Notes under the pieces: generated by a model
Told to the model about the DNA's origin: nothing
Databases searched by the model: none
What the model saw: the letters and a program-made list of their open reading frames with translations, nothing else
Shown: positions 40,871-54,673 of the stretch, in pieces
Numbering within the stretch: the first letter of the stretch is position 1
How the letters are laid out: every line of letters begins with the position of its first letter
Program-made: the position numbers and the translations under genes
NCBI RefSeq assembly: GCF_036321535.1
Contig: NC_087436.1
Coordinates: forward strand, 62,932,001 to 62,996,000
Origin: Camelus dromedarius
Taxonomy: Eukaryota
Length of the DNA: 64,000 nt
Direction: 5' to 3'

Positions 40871-43238
40871 GCTTGTAGGAGGCTAGCATTTTAACAGTGA
40901 AATTTAGTTTTTGTACAAATGAGAACATATCTAATAGGTACTTGGCATGTAAAATTGAAATAATGTCATACAGTTCCTGTCTTTAAAGAGCTCATAGTCT
41001 AGTAAAAGCAACAATTATAGAGAAGATTTGGAAAACATGTTAGATCAGAAAAATCAGTCTTGAAATTTGTATACACACTGTAGAAGGGATGTTCAAGCAC
41101 AATGTTAGAATTTTGCAGTTAGGAAAATATCTTTGCCAATGTGTGCCCTTTTAAATTTAAAAGTAAAGTATTATGTCTCGAATATCTTTAATTCCACTCC
41201 TTCTTTGATTTAAGCAAGAAACTTCTAAGTATGAGGAACTATTGACACAAGTGCTTTGAGAGTTGAAAACATTGGATTAATCATTACTCTAATTTAAAAA
41301 GGAAAATGAAGAAAAAGTGAATTTTTAAATTAATATTCATAAAGTTAATTATTTTTGGACTTATTCTCTATCTTGTCATTTAAAAAGTTGAGCTTATAAC
41401 ATAACTATTTACTAAAGAGGCAAATATCTATTCTACCCTATTGAAATAATGTTTTAGTATTTCTAGGGACCACAATTGGTCACCTTGAGGTTACCAATGC
41501 TTGTAATAGGTGATTTCACTTGTTAGAGTGTTATTTTTACTTTAAAAATTTTCACTTAAATATGGGTCATCACAGTTCTAAAAATAGTTGATTGTAACTT
41601 CACAAATAGAGCTCCAATCAACCCAAAAGATTTAAAGATGTCCTTAAAATTAGATGAATATCTAAAAATCACTATTTTTCCTTGTCAAAGTAAGTAAAAT
41701 GAAAAATTGACTCAAGAATCACAATCAGACACTTGATTTTTGATGATACTTTCTACTGGCAGTTATAATTCTTAGACTTAAGTTCAATGTTATAGGACTA
41801 AAAAGCATGGAAGAGTTAATCAGCTTCATGCTACTGATGTATTAGCTCAGAAATTAATAATTAGATGGAACTTGTATCTTTGAGAAAGACCTTCTCTCAT
41901 TGAGTGAAACAAATTCCAGTGGTTTCTGAAGCCATTACAATTTAAGAACTACCATTATTTGTTCCCCCCAGGACATCATCTAAGTAAAAGATACTGTTTC
42001 TGGATGCAATACTGGCTCTTTCTAAAGACTGTGGCTATTCAATTGCCTGTATTTCTGATTATTAATGCAGTTTAATGTTGGTATATATTTCTTTATTTGA
42101 CATCTTAAAATGTTCACACAATCTCCTTAGGTAAATGTAAAGTTTCTGAGAAACAATAGTAACAAGCTAATACACATTTAAGGTCTTTGATGTTTCAGGC
42201 GAATTGGATATGTTACCTCTAATCCCCAAACCATGCTAGGTGAGAAACCTAAGCAGCAGAGAAATAAAGTAGCCAGAGTCACTGGGGTTTTACTCCAATT
42301 CTCTGTGATTTTTAAATCTGTACATGACATCTTATTGCTGCTCATAAAAGGAGATAGAATTTGCTTATCTCTGGTCTCAACTGAAGTTATTAGAAAATAG
42401 ATTAATTCCATACAGCTGATTTTCAGATTTCATAAAATATGAGGACATTAAGATGGAGAGGATACAAACACCCACAAACTCACCTTTCATATTTACTTCA
42501 GTTACGAAAAATGCCAACTTTATCAAACAAATTCATACTCTCTCTTCAGAATGACAAACTGTAAAAAGGGATACTAAATATTACATCAAATAAAGTTACA
42601 TCAGTGCTAAGATATGACTCTTTATAAAGAGGAATTGATTGCTCAAACTATGGATTAAAAGCTAAAAGGATATTGCAATGTAGGTTGTTTTGGTGTTTTG
42701 ATGCTAGTATACTGAAACATTAAGGTATATTCTAAAAAGTTCCTAATGTTAATAACATACCTAACTTTCAGTCCTGCCTTTACCATAAATTAAGTGATTA
42801 GAGAAGTCACTTAATTTCCCTGGATCTCAAGTTTATCACCTATAAAGTGAAACACTTGATTTGAAGCTCACTTTCATCTTGAAAAAAATCTCTGACTTTA
42901 TTAGAATAATTGCTAGTAGGTATCTGGATTTATTTAGAAAATGTATGCACACTGAGACAAAAGCTGGTGAAGTCCTGCTTGGAATCCTTTTCACTATTTG
43001 CTATATATTTATTATTTGGATAACACATTCAGTTATGGAAGCTTCCTAACAGATGAGACGCCGGAGTCAGCCTTGTATATGATGATTACTGACTGTCTTC
43101 AAGGAGAATGCCAGTAACAGGTCTCTAAATCCATGAAAACTACTATGGCCACAAGTTTCCAAGGGCTGTAGGCACAGAGGATAGATACATGAGGTTCTTT
43201 ATGTGACTAGCTAGAATTTGGCTATTATAGCACAATGA

Positions 43239-43406
43239 CAGAGATGGCAAACTTAGACACATTCAGGGTCAGGTATATGATAAAGGGACCAAGCACATAA
43301 ACTTTGGAACTGGAAGGTCTATGGAGAACCACGGAATATATGTTGCAGGAAGATATTAAATATAAAGTTTAAAATCTATGCCAAACAAATCTCATTTGTC
43401 ATCTTT
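43239..43406. mobile_element. short hAT-like MITE (family uncertain)
   Basis: Imperfect terminal inverted repeats CAGAGATGGCAAAC / ATTTGTCATCTTT. Confidence 0.45.
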
Positions 43407-43698
43407 ATTTTTTTCCCCAAAGAGTTTTTTTTTCAATCTCGACCCTTTCTAGACTTGAGAGCATTCTGAATTGAAAGGGAGATTTGTCTTACTGTAGCAT
43501 TCCAGTTTTTTGGCATTGGGAAAAGAGTCTACTCAACCTCTTTCTCCTAGACCTATAACGTTGGCTCTATGAATGTTGCCACCAAGTTAAGTGATGTGAG
43601 AGAAAGAAAGAAAGAGAGACGGAGGGGAGAAAATGAGCCTAAGACACAGAGGAGAAACAGACATAGAGAAAGCATTTGTCTCCTGAAGTTTGCATAAG

Positions 43699-43759
<61 letters not shown>
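43699..43759. repeat. (CA)n microsatellite
   Basis: About 30 CA units with two AA interruptions. Confidence 0.97.
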
Positions 43760-43854
43760 TCTATGTATCTTCCACTAAATATTCACCCTGTTACTTTAAG
43801 GCTGTAGTAAATTAATGATAACCATACTTTTTTCACTCTCTCACATCAATACAT

Positions 43855-44010
43855 TTGGTCTATATCCCCTTTCAAACACTGAAAGTCTGTGATTGCTTTG
43901 CCCAGTGGAACAAGGTAGAAGTTATGCTGTGCCAGTTTCTGGGTCCAAGTTTGAAGACTGGCATCTTTCATGTCTTGTCTCTTGGAATACTTCTTTTAGG
44001 GCTCAGCCTC
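43855..44010. mobile_element. MLT1-like LTR fragment
   Basis: GTGATTGCTTTGCCCAGTGGAA..GTAGAAGTTATGCTGTGCCAGTTTCTGGG..AAGACTGGCA. Confidence 0.65.
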
Positions 44011-44895
44011 TATTACCATCAACTCTCCGTATAGACTACAGTGAATGTCTATAGCTGGGCTATAATAACTTCCTCTGCCTCCTCCTTCACCTCCTTTTTT
44101 CATTCCTTCTAAATTTACATTGTCTGTATATGATTGTTTTTTCTAATGTAATGGAGTCCATAAACGTGTCCCAGACTTAGTTTCTTCACTCTCTAAGAAG
44201 TTACATGGCATACGGGAAGCCCTTGGGTTTTGAAATCCCTCTCATCTGGGTTTGATACTGTCTTATGCCATTTATTATCTTTATGGCATTTGTCTTTACT
44301 TAACATTTCTATAAATTATGGTTTTTTTTAAAAATTGTTAAAAATTTAATCTGTAATTTGCAGTGAGGATTAGATAAATGAAATTTATTTGTTGATTAAA
44401 AAAACTTTCCTTGAATAATTGGGGTGAAGTGAAATGAAAGAATCGGTCTAAAGCTCCTAGTATGCATCGTACAGTGAATAGTGGTAGCTTTTGTTACTAC
44501 TACTGTTTTTGTCAAAAACAGTATTTTCTACATGTGAGTAATGGTTAAAATGGGACAAGTTGACTTCTGTCAAAGATTTTATTTTTGTGTTGGTATTTAT
44601 TTTAGAACAAATGGAAATATAAATTATTGAATCTGACAATAAACAATAGAATACATAACAAGCAGAATGAAAGATTCATTTGGATTCTGCTATTCAGAAG
44701 ACTGAGTAACTGATATGAAATATTTATAAACCTAAATTTTAAGATGATGTTCTACAAGGCAACTTTGACGGTTTCTTGAAAGGACATGTGGATAAGTTAA
44801 CATATACTGTCATGAATATCCAATACATTAGCATGAGATCCAGCCCTAAATTCTCATTTTAGAGTCTGTTTCCTAAGACCACTCCAAGCATAATT

Positions 44896-45350
44896 GTGTT
44901 ATATGGGTTTCCTGGAACAGACCATGAAATGGTGGATAGAAGGTAGAAGAAGCTTTGTTGTGGAGTGCTCTTGGAATATATACCAATAAAGAAGTGAGAA
45001 ATTCAGGCTAAGGCAGAGGGAGAAGAGATCAACAGCACGGCAACAGTGGGAGGGTCAGCTGATGCTGCGAGGAGCTCTGGGGCTGGGCTGGGCCTTCATC
45101 ATGGTCCCAAACCAAGGCATGGGAGTTAGACTCTTGTATCCTCTCTCCAACCTTGGCCAGCAACTGGCCTCAGGATGCATTCCAGCAAGGGCATCATCTT
45201 GAGCTACGTAGTTCCCTGTGGTGGAAGGCAATTCCCAGTTGAATGTTGCAGCTGTGAATGGTCTCAGCCTTGCTATTCCCAAAGCTGGGAAAATGGGTGC
45301 CTCAGAGGCCTCAAAGAGGGAATCTGGACAGTTTCACAATATCCACTACC
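44896..45350 (-). mobile_element. ERVL LTR (LTR16A-like)
   Basis: GC-richer block with GGGTTTCCTGGAACAGACC..GAGTGCTCTTGG..GGCAGAGGGAGAAG..GGAGCTCTGGGGCTGGG..GGCCTTCA. Confidence 0.7.
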
Positions 45351-48300
45351 ATACCCTGGATCAAAACAATGTTATGATATTTATTAGAGTTAGTTTTATT
45401 TCCCCTAAAATGTTGTCTGCAAAAGAATATAAAATAAATATCTTTGATACAACTTAGTAGGGAAATACTTAAAATCAAAATGAGGAAAAATAATCTCTCA
45501 TACAATTACAACTGTATTTGAAGTGGCCAGCCATGTAATACAGATCTCTGAAAGATTTTTTTCCCAAATGAGGGCCCCGATGATGTACTACACTGTAATT
45601 AACACTGAAGTTCTGGGAACTACTTTATCATTTCCAGGCACTAGAGTTCCAAAGCTGGGAAGTGAACACTGTACGTGAAATGATTGATTTTCCATGGATT
45701 ACAACAGGCTGAAGTTCCCTTCATTATGCAAATTAATAAAATTCAAACTACACAAAATATATATTAGTCACTGGTGATTAATTCTTCCATATCTGGGTAC
45801 TGAGAGTCTAGACTCCTAAAGCCACACAGATATTTTAACCTTTTCCATTTAGAAAGATTCTGTATATATCACATTCTCCTTCACTATTATAATTTTGGAT
45901 TGGTAAAAATTGTAAGGAAACTCTAAAACTTGCATATAGCATGACAATAATTCAGTATTCATGGATAATTTTTAATGTTTTGAACAAGCAGAAGGACCTC
46001 TAATGGAGATGACATTGTATAATTTGGGAGACAGCATAAAAACAAACATTTACAAATACTGTTGTATAAAACTACACTTTTTCTCTGGATTTTGAAAACT
46101 AATAAGCAAATAAGTAATAGAAGATTCCACTTCGTAAAAAGTGCTTGTCAAACATTTACATTTAATACCTCTAATGGTAAAGGGAAATAAAGACACTTTA
46201 GCAATATCAGTATACCACAGTTCAAAGTGGCTACCAGCCAGGCACTACTTTGAAAACCCCTGCTGTAACGGTGTACCTGGGGGCCTCACATTCTCCTCCA
46301 AACTAACTTTAATAGAAAGCAAATCCCACCACAGCTGTCTCTCTAGTAACTTGACACCGCAGGAAGATGATCTTTGGCGTTAACCCCTGTCAAAATGACA
46401 GTTTCCCAGATTGAGAAGTCAGTTCCCAGGAAAAACAATAGAAAATGTGGTTGAGGGTGAGGAGGTCAATAAAATCTTAAATGTTAAACAGTACTCAACT
46501 ACTGAATAACATTTTAATTATTTTATAGAACAAATCCATTTATCAGGATAGCTGTCATTTATGCGCATTAGCATAGTGTAATGCCTTCCTTCCCTAAATT
46601 TGCTTCAAGGAACTAGACATTTTCCTGTGTGTTATTAACACACATAACACAAACATAAACATCCTCTCTTTGTGCTTAACGTGCCATGGACTGAAATTTC
46701 TTTGAAGAGGATTTATCTCTATCTACACCTACACATCTATATCTATAACTCTATCAGCATTTAAATATTAGCAAGCTTATGAGACAGTGATAGTGATAAT
46801 AATACCTCAAGCAGAACTAAAGGTTTTTGGGATTTGAGGTCAGAAAACAGAACTGTGTTAGGTTTAGCTCAGACAATATGCCTATATAAGGTTGCCTAAA
46901 TCACATTAAAAATGAGAACTGTAATAAGAGGGTTTAGCAAGCAGCTTTCTGAGTTATTATTTTATCCACTTGGCACACCCCTAACTGCCACATAGCAGAA
47001 AGGTCTTAAGAATCTAGCTTAGGGAAATGAAATAGAAGACTGAGGCAATTATTTAGATCATCTGATCTAAAAGAAAATATCATTGTCTCAATCCTTTGGT
47101 GCATTGGTATTTCAAGTGTAATGTGATCAATGTTCCCCATGACTATTGTTATTATTATTGTTATTATTAATTTCCTCTTTAATATTCTTTTCTGAAGAAA
47201 AATATATATGTATATAAATCCAGCTAAATTTCCTGAGTGTAAATTCTGCATACCACTTAGGTGATGCAAACTATATAACTGTCTGAATAGAATAACTAAC
47301 ATGATTAATACAGTTAAGATTAATTTTGGTTTCAGATTCTCAGGAAGTAGCTTATGAATTTATAAAAACCGCAAAACAGTTTTTTTCTTATATAATCACA
47401 AAATAAGTTTATTTATATCTAAAGAAAATATATAATTTATCCATCTAGAATAATGAATATATTCTAAATACTCTGAATCAAAGATACTATGTCCCCATCT
47501 GTCAAACATATAAATTTAACTACTTTTTATATGTTATCTTTATTACTGAAACATTGTTATTACACCTCCCCATATTCTATTTTGTTGTAACAGAAAACAG
47601 TCTTGTCATTTAAAAAGTATGTAAAAAAGACGCAAAGTAAATAACCTAAGAGCAGAGCACCTGTGATTTCTGCATGTGAGAACCGTGAGGACAGTAGTTT
47701 CCTCACAAGCACACACACTGAGGAAGCTGACCCTTGGTTTCTTTCCCAGATGAAGCCTGTTCTTCATAACTATCTCCTTTCATTATGGGCTTTTTATGTA
47801 TCAGTTTGTCCTGTGATCAGCTTGGTGTAAAAGAGGACCATAGCAACTGTACGCCCAGGGGTCAGAGGTAGAAAAAGCCACCTCAGGGCCCCTCTAGGAG
47901 CCTCACTCTTGCTTATACAGTGGAGGACAGAGCCCATCTCTGCCTGAATTCACATTCTGCACTATGGGAGTCAGGAAAACAGTGAGTTCACAAATCTCTT
48001 ACTCTTACAGTCATGTAGGATGTTTGCAGCCACTCTCCCAACTTTGGGGATATCAGTAAGGGACTGTAATTTTCTTTCTACTCACCAAGTCAGCTGCGAA
48101 GCCTCAGATCTCACAAGATGGAGAACAATCAGCACCCATGTAAGCAATGGGGCTCTGTTGGGGGAGGCAGCAGCAGGCAGTGAAGAGGAGCATGCCACTG
48201 GCTCCAGCTGTAACCAACTGAGTTCAAACCCTGTCTTTCCAGGCTATGATGCATTAGAAGCCAAGGACCCAGTGGAATTTCTAGGCTGGTAAAATTGTTT

Positions 48301-48919
48301 TATGGCAATGCCAGTTTTAAAAGTGGGTTAACTGAAGAGTACTTGGCATTCTGCAAGTGTTCAATAATTAACTGTAATCCTAATCTTCCCCTCCCTACAT
48401 CCTATAATAATCATCATTTACATGTATTAAGTTAAATAAATTTAACCCTTCTTTTAAAAATAGTTACAATTTTCTTTATATACACAGAGGGAACATCTTA
48501 CAGCAGATAAAGATATTTGTTTATCTTCCCTTCCCTCAAAACTTACACTGACACTCAAGGAAAAAGATATCTGGTATAATGTTAATTCATAGGCCACATC
48601 TACATAGAGAGAATTGAGCTAAACATTCAGCATTTATTTAAAAGGACAGCATCCTATCATACTTTGCTAATGCTATATGGGTACTGAAAGCTAGCATTTC
48701 CTGTTATGTCATAGTAGATCGTAATTTTCAAAATGACAGAGGCTTTGTCTTTTTGTAAATTGCTTAGCACTTGATGCTTAGAACGGTGGCTCCTCAATAT
48801 GTGTTGTCAGGAAAAAGAGTAAGAAACACTATCTTATTGTTTCTTATACTACTTAGCAAAATGTCTAGCAAATAGTAAATTAAAAGTATTAGTTGGCTGT
48901 TTTTATTTTTATATACCTT

Positions 48920-49070
48920 TGACTTGCCTCAATTTTCTCATCTGTAACAAGGGTACAATAGTATCTACCTGATAGCAGCATTGTGATATATAAAAGAATC
49001 AATATAGGTAAAGTCCTCTAAACATCAAACTATGACTAGTACATGGTGTGTGCTTTATGTGTTAGATTTT
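48920..49070 (+). mobile_element. MIR SINE
   Basis: TGCCTCAATTTTCTCATCTGTAACAAGGG..ATAGTATCTACCT core. Confidence 0.8.
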
Positions 49071-49557
49071 ATTATTGTTGTATTTTTTCTTTATCTCATT
49101 ATGACAAAAATTAATTTGTTCTCAAAATTTCTTTTTTCTCAAAATCAAATTTATCCTCTGTTCACAATGTCTTCAACCTCTATTAAGTTTTCTTATTGGT
49201 ATGAAGTTAATAGCACCATGACTTTCCTTGGGAGACTCCAAATCCTCCCTTATACTCCATGTGAGTTTTGGGTCTCATTTCATCCACGATGCTGGAAATT
49301 GTATGAGGTCCAGACCTAGATGTGTAAAATAACTTCATGGAATTTTGCTAAACTTTTGGGGAAAGATTTGCTCTATTTGGGCTCTGCTTCTAAACTGGTG
49401 CAGTGATCTTGCTATCTCTTCATGGAGCAAGCTGCTGAGCACAACAAAGAAGCCAACATGAAAGCAAAGCTAAAAGATAGAGGCGGAGTCCTGATAACAC
49501 TGAATATCTAAAGCCAAATAAACTCTGATGAATTGCATTGTTTTGCTTTACCCTCAA

Positions 49558-49740
49558 AGCAGTAAACTTTTCTCTGTGAAGAGTTAGATCGTAAATATTT
49601 TAAGCTTTGTGGACTATACTGTTTCAGGTGCAACTACTCAACTCTGATGATGGGTAGAGCTGAGTTGTAATAAAACTTGATTTGCAAAAACAAGTAGCAG
49701 GGGAAACTTGGTCCTGGACCACTTAGTTTGTCGACTCCTG
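49558..49740. mobile_element. MER58A-like DNA transposon
   Basis: AAACTTTTCTCTGTGAAGAGTTAGATCGTAAATATTTTAAGCTTTGTGG..GCAACTACTCAACTCTG..AATAAAACTT..TAGTTTGTCGACTCCTG. Confidence 0.85.
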
Positions 49741-50614
49741 CATCATCCAGACCAAGCAGAGTTTCCTTAACTCGTAACCAAAGCATTATGTTATGTATCA
49801 GGCAATGGATTAAGAGAGTTTTAGGCTTGGAAACTGGAAATCATTACTTACACCTTTTCACTGCTTGGTCCCTCTCAACAATAAACTGATATGAGCCAGA
49901 GCTTGTGTCAAATGTTTTTCTAATCTAGTCATTCTTTCCAAGCTAGTTCTCACTTGTTATTCCAAATCATCACCATCTCCTGCTTGGAGTTCTACAAAAG
50001 CTCTTTACATATTTTTCTGTGTCCAGGATTGACACATCTAGTTATTTTCCACACTGAAGGTCCTATGATATTTCTCTAATGCATATATTGGCAAATCAAA
50101 CTCATATCTAGGTGACTTTCTATGAATCCTCAACTTAGTTACATCTCTTGTCAAAAAACACACATTATTTGATTTATTAAATCATTGTTCTTGTTGCTAG
50201 AATGAAATTCTATGAGAGCCAGAGTAATTTTCTTGTTCATGGCTTTGCTCAAGTGTCTATATATATATATGTGCCTGATATAAAATGGATGTTCAACATA
50301 TATATATATATATATTTCTGAAAATAAGAAAAAATGATTCATCAGGGAATATAAATATAAAGATAATGCATTTTTTCCCTGAAGAAAGACTTTAACATCA
50401 CAGCTTCTCCATTTTTAAAATAGTTAATGTATGATAATCACTTAGTCTTCTATTGGGCCAACATCACCAAAACTGTATTGAAATGAAAGTAGGAGTTACT
50501 TTTTAAAAAATACTTATTTCAAATACTTAATTTTCCAATTATATTTCTAATCCCCTTGACTTCTGAAATATACTTATTATCCACTCTCTAGTTATGTCAA
50601 GATTCTGATTATTT

Positions 50615-50848
50615 TTTTTAATACCTCCATTGTGATATGATTTCTGTATAGTAAATTACATATATTTCAGATGTACAATTTGATGAATTTTGATACATGT
50701 ATATACCAATGAAATCGCCACTACAATCAAGATAGCTAACATTTCCATCACTCCCAAACAGGTACAGAGTTCAAATTCCCTATTTATCCTTTCCCACCCA
50801 CTTTACCTCCTGGTAACCACATGTTTGTTCTCTATGGACAGACTTAGA
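50615..50848 (-). mobile_element. ancient L1M 3' terminus
   Basis: GTACAATTTGATGAATTTTGA..CACTACAATCAAGATA..AACATTTCCATCACTCCCAAA..CCTGGTAACCAC. Confidence 0.8.
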
Positions 50849-51630
50849 TTTGTTTTTGTTTGTTTGTTTGTTTTTAAACATTTTTTATTGAGTTACAGTC
50901 ATTTTACAATGCTGTGTCAAATTCCAGTGTAGAGCACAGTTTTTTCAGTTATATATGAGCATACATATATTCATGTATTTCACTGTGAGCTACCACAATA
51001 TCTTGTATATTTTCCCTGTGGTATACAGTATAATCTTGTTTATCTATTCTGCATATCCCTGTCAGTATCTACAAATTTTGAACTCCCAGTCTGTCCCTTC
51101 CCACCCCCCGCCCTCTTGGCAACCACAAGTTTGTATTCTTTATCTATGAGTCTTTTTCTGTTTTGTATTTATGTTCATTTATTTTTTTTTTAGATTCCAG
51201 ATATGAGCGATCTCATATGGGTATTTTTCTTTCTCTTTCTGGCTCACTTCACTTAGAATGACATTCTCCAGGAACATCCATGTTGCTGCAAATGGCGTTA
51301 TGGTGTCATTTTTACGGCTGAATAGTATTCCATTGTATAAATATACCACAGCTTCTTTATATAGTCATCTGTTGATGGGCATTTAGGCTGTTTCCATGTC
51401 TTGGCTATTGTAAATAGTGCTTCTATAAACATTGGGGTGCAGGTGTCATTTTGAAGTAGGGTTCCTTCTGGATATATGCCCAGGAGCAGGATTCCTGGGT
51501 CATATGGTAAGTCTATTCCTAGTCTTTTGAGGACTCTCCATACTGTTTTCCACAGGGGCTGCACCAAGCTGTATTCCCACCAGCAATTCCCACCACCTTT
51601 TCTCCACAGCCTCTCCAGCATTTGTTATTT
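50849..51630 (-). mobile_element. fairly young 5'-truncated L1 (ORF2 C-terminus + 3' UTR)
   Basis: T-rich tail. The minus ORF 51298-51621 includes [33 protein letters not shown]...[23 protein letters not shown] (L1 ORF2). Confidence 0.96.
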
Positions 51631-52944
51631 CTATTTCTAATTTAGTCTGTAGTTTATTCTGTATAGACTCTGTAGTCTATTCCATTGTTTACAGCACTTA
51701 TTTTCTGTACCACATATCTGTATGTTTCACCTTGTATGGAAATTTAAATTGTTATAGTTTCTTCCTTTGTCTGTTTCTTTCTTTGATGTACACTGAATGT
51801 TCCCAGAAAGTAAGAGACATATTTTACACTTTTTTTTTGGAAATCACTAATTTCAGTACAGAGCAATGTACATAGAAGATACTCACTAAATTCCTACTAA
51901 ATGAATAAACTGCAAAGGAAACCAAAAAATAGATGATCATAAAATTACATCTGGAAGGAACACCATGCCCAGAAAATCATCTAATGACTGCACACACAAT
52001 TTTTGCTAGCATTATGATGATGGAAACTAGTGTATTACAGAAACATGAAGCATAGCAGATGGTTGGTTTACACTTCACATCACTCACTTGGTATCTTGGG
52101 GTGGAGAAATTATTGGATGATAAGTTAATAGCACTTTTTCATTTCTTTATTTGATCTTTGAAAGAATTTAATAAAATGAATTACATGCAAGTCTTTAGGT
52201 ATCTTTCTTATATGTTGAGAGGATGTTTTGTTAAAAATATTTAGCTACATTAAAAGTGCAATGACAAACAGAATATGAAAGACTTGTTTGTTAAAAACAA
52301 TACGGAAGTATAATTGACCAAATGTTCAGTGCAAACCCAAAATGAAATACCATTTCCAATCCTTTTTAAGATTATGTAGTAAAATCATCATAACTGACTC
52401 AAGAAGAAATCAATACTAAGACATTACTGATACAAATGAGCAAATTAAAATGAGAAGTTTATCAAAGAATTACCTCTAATAAAGTCTCTGGGCCTAGAAT
52501 TTATATTTCAGAAAGTAAGAGAAAGAACACATAATTCTCTAAATACACAAATTGATCCGAAACAAGGAAAAACTGGGGGAAAAAAAACCACAAATTATTT
52601 TTCAAGCTAGCTTAAACTTTAAAAATGCATGTGCCTGAGTATGCACATGAATACGTCAGAAGGCACACGCGTGTACGTACACACATACACACACACCCAG
52701 ACTAATTTTACTTTAAAATGTCATTGCAGAAAATCACATTATGTCAAATGGTCCAATAAAGTAAAACAAACAATGATGATAAAAAATTTTAATCATATAA
52801 CTGAGGACACAAACACAAATGTCTAAATCTTTGGATATAATTAAGTATTCACATGTAACCAGTATAACTATAATCAGACAGTATCAATGTTTTGATTTGA
52901 AAGACTAAATTTAACAAAATCTGAACATTAAAATATACATATTT

Positions 52945-53026
52945 TATGTATGGCTGAAACATTATGCCTTACATCAGAAACTGATAATTCTAACTAACTA
53001 AACTTCAATTTAAAAAATAAGTAAAT
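52945..53026 (+). mobile_element. about 80-bp L1 3' terminal stub
   Basis: ATGTATGGCTGAAACATTATG..ACATCAGAAACTGA..CTTCAAT plus an A tail. 15-bp TSD AAAATA(T/C)ACATATTT (52930-52944, 53027-53041). Confidence 0.8.
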
Positions 53027-53149
53027 AAAATACACATATTTAATCTTACTCTTCTCTTCTATTACTTCTTTTTCTATTCCAGAATTAATATGTTGATTTG
53101 AATTGACATTATTATCATATATTTTGGTAAATATTATTTAATAAACACA

Positions 53150-54045
53150 AACTAGGATACTAAGTTTGGTAGAATACTATATTCTTTCAAACGTTTCTTT
53201 GCATTTCCCACTCTTACTCCATCTAGTCCTGAAGATAGACTTTAGAAACAGGTTATCTGGTTCCAAAGGATATTTTGGATAGAACTGACTGACATTGCTT
53301 TGAATTAGTAATATAGACTGGAAATAATTGACATATTTAAATATTGAGTTTTGCCTTGCATTAAATATAATTCTTTAAATTTCTGTTTTTTTTATATAGA
53401 CTAGTAAATATATATAGATTATTCCCATGTCTTTCCTGTTAGGTTTATTTCTAGGTAATATGTATGTACACATATATTTCCTACTACAAAATAAACTTCT
53501 TATATAACTTTCATTTAGCTTTGATAATGTATAAGAAAGATATTATTCACTGTATATGATCTATAATTAGCCATCTTCTATACTTTATTAGTTCTTATTA
53601 GTTTAAATTATCATGATTTCTGAAAGTGATGAGAATCTTCTTTCCATTTAATATTCACACTTTCATGTATATTCTAGTTTTATTGTTCTATTTAATTTGC
53701 TAGTATTTCAAATTTTAGAGTCAATAGTAGTTATGGTAACTGGCTATCCTACTTTAGATTCTGAATTTAAAGGCATCTTTCTAATATTTTGCTATAAACA
53801 TGAAATATAGTATGTTTCCCATAGATGTACTCTACTAAAACAAGGATTTTATTTTTATCCTATGGTTGTTACTAATTTTTATTGAATTTTATTTGAAATA
53901 CATATTTAATTTTAATATATTTTAAACTATGGAGGTAGCAATACAGTTATTCTCCCTTAATCTTGTAATATATTGAAATGCACTTACAGGTTCTCAGTGT
54001 TGAACCATCCTTGTGTTCCTGAACTAAATATTTTTGTCATTGACT
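53150..54045 (-). mobile_element. ancient L1 ORF2 (RT region) fragment
   Basis: AATTGACATATTTAAATATTGAGT; GTTAGGTTTATTTCTAGGTA; TTGAACCATCCTTGTGTTCCTG (reverse of the FIPGMQGWFN-coding region). Confidence 0.75.
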
Positions 54046-54252
54046 AACAACTTTATTTTCTTCTAAATGCTTATTTTGGCATAATTTCAAATTTATAGAA
54101 AAGTGGACACAGTAGTATTAATAATCACTACACACTGTAATTCCTCTGTAATGACTTTATCATTGTCTCTTTAGAATAAGATGCAGACATGGTGTCCTTC
54201 TTTCCTCATGAACTTATCAGTGGGTGTATCCTAAGAGGGCAATCTCTCATAT

Positions 54253-54673
54253 TTCTATAAAACCCAAGAATTAAAGAAATAACAAGGGAAATTATATATT
54301 TTAAATATTTTAAACTGAATGATAATGATACTAAAGGATATCAAAACTTGTGGAATGCAAACATAGCAGCACTTTAAGAGAAATTCAGAGTTTTGCATGC
54401 TTATATTAGAAAAGAAGAGAGGTGCAAAACCCATGATCTAAGCATTCACAATAAGAAGCTGCAAAGATGAGATTATTTTAAAGCTAAAGTAAGAATAATA
54501 GCAACCAACCACAAAAATAAAAGTAGAAATTAAAGACAGAAAAAACAGAAAAACTAAAAATTAATATTTAGAAGTATTCATGCATATGTTTAACACACAG
54601 TAAGATTGAAAACAAAAAAGGAAAACAAATACCAATATCACAATTTTAAGAGTGACATTTCTACAGACTGTGC
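54253..54673 (+). mobile_element. old L1 ORF2 fragment (post-endonuclease region)
   Basis: ATATCAAAACTTGTGGAATGCA..GAGAAATT..ATGCTTATATTAGAAAAGAAGA..GATCTAAGC..GACATTTCTACAGA. Confidence 0.8.

Noticed and set aside
47696..47728. Small hairpin AGTTTCCTCA..TGAGGAAGCT
   Set aside because: A 10-bp stem is too short for a pre-miRNA and is compatible with chance.
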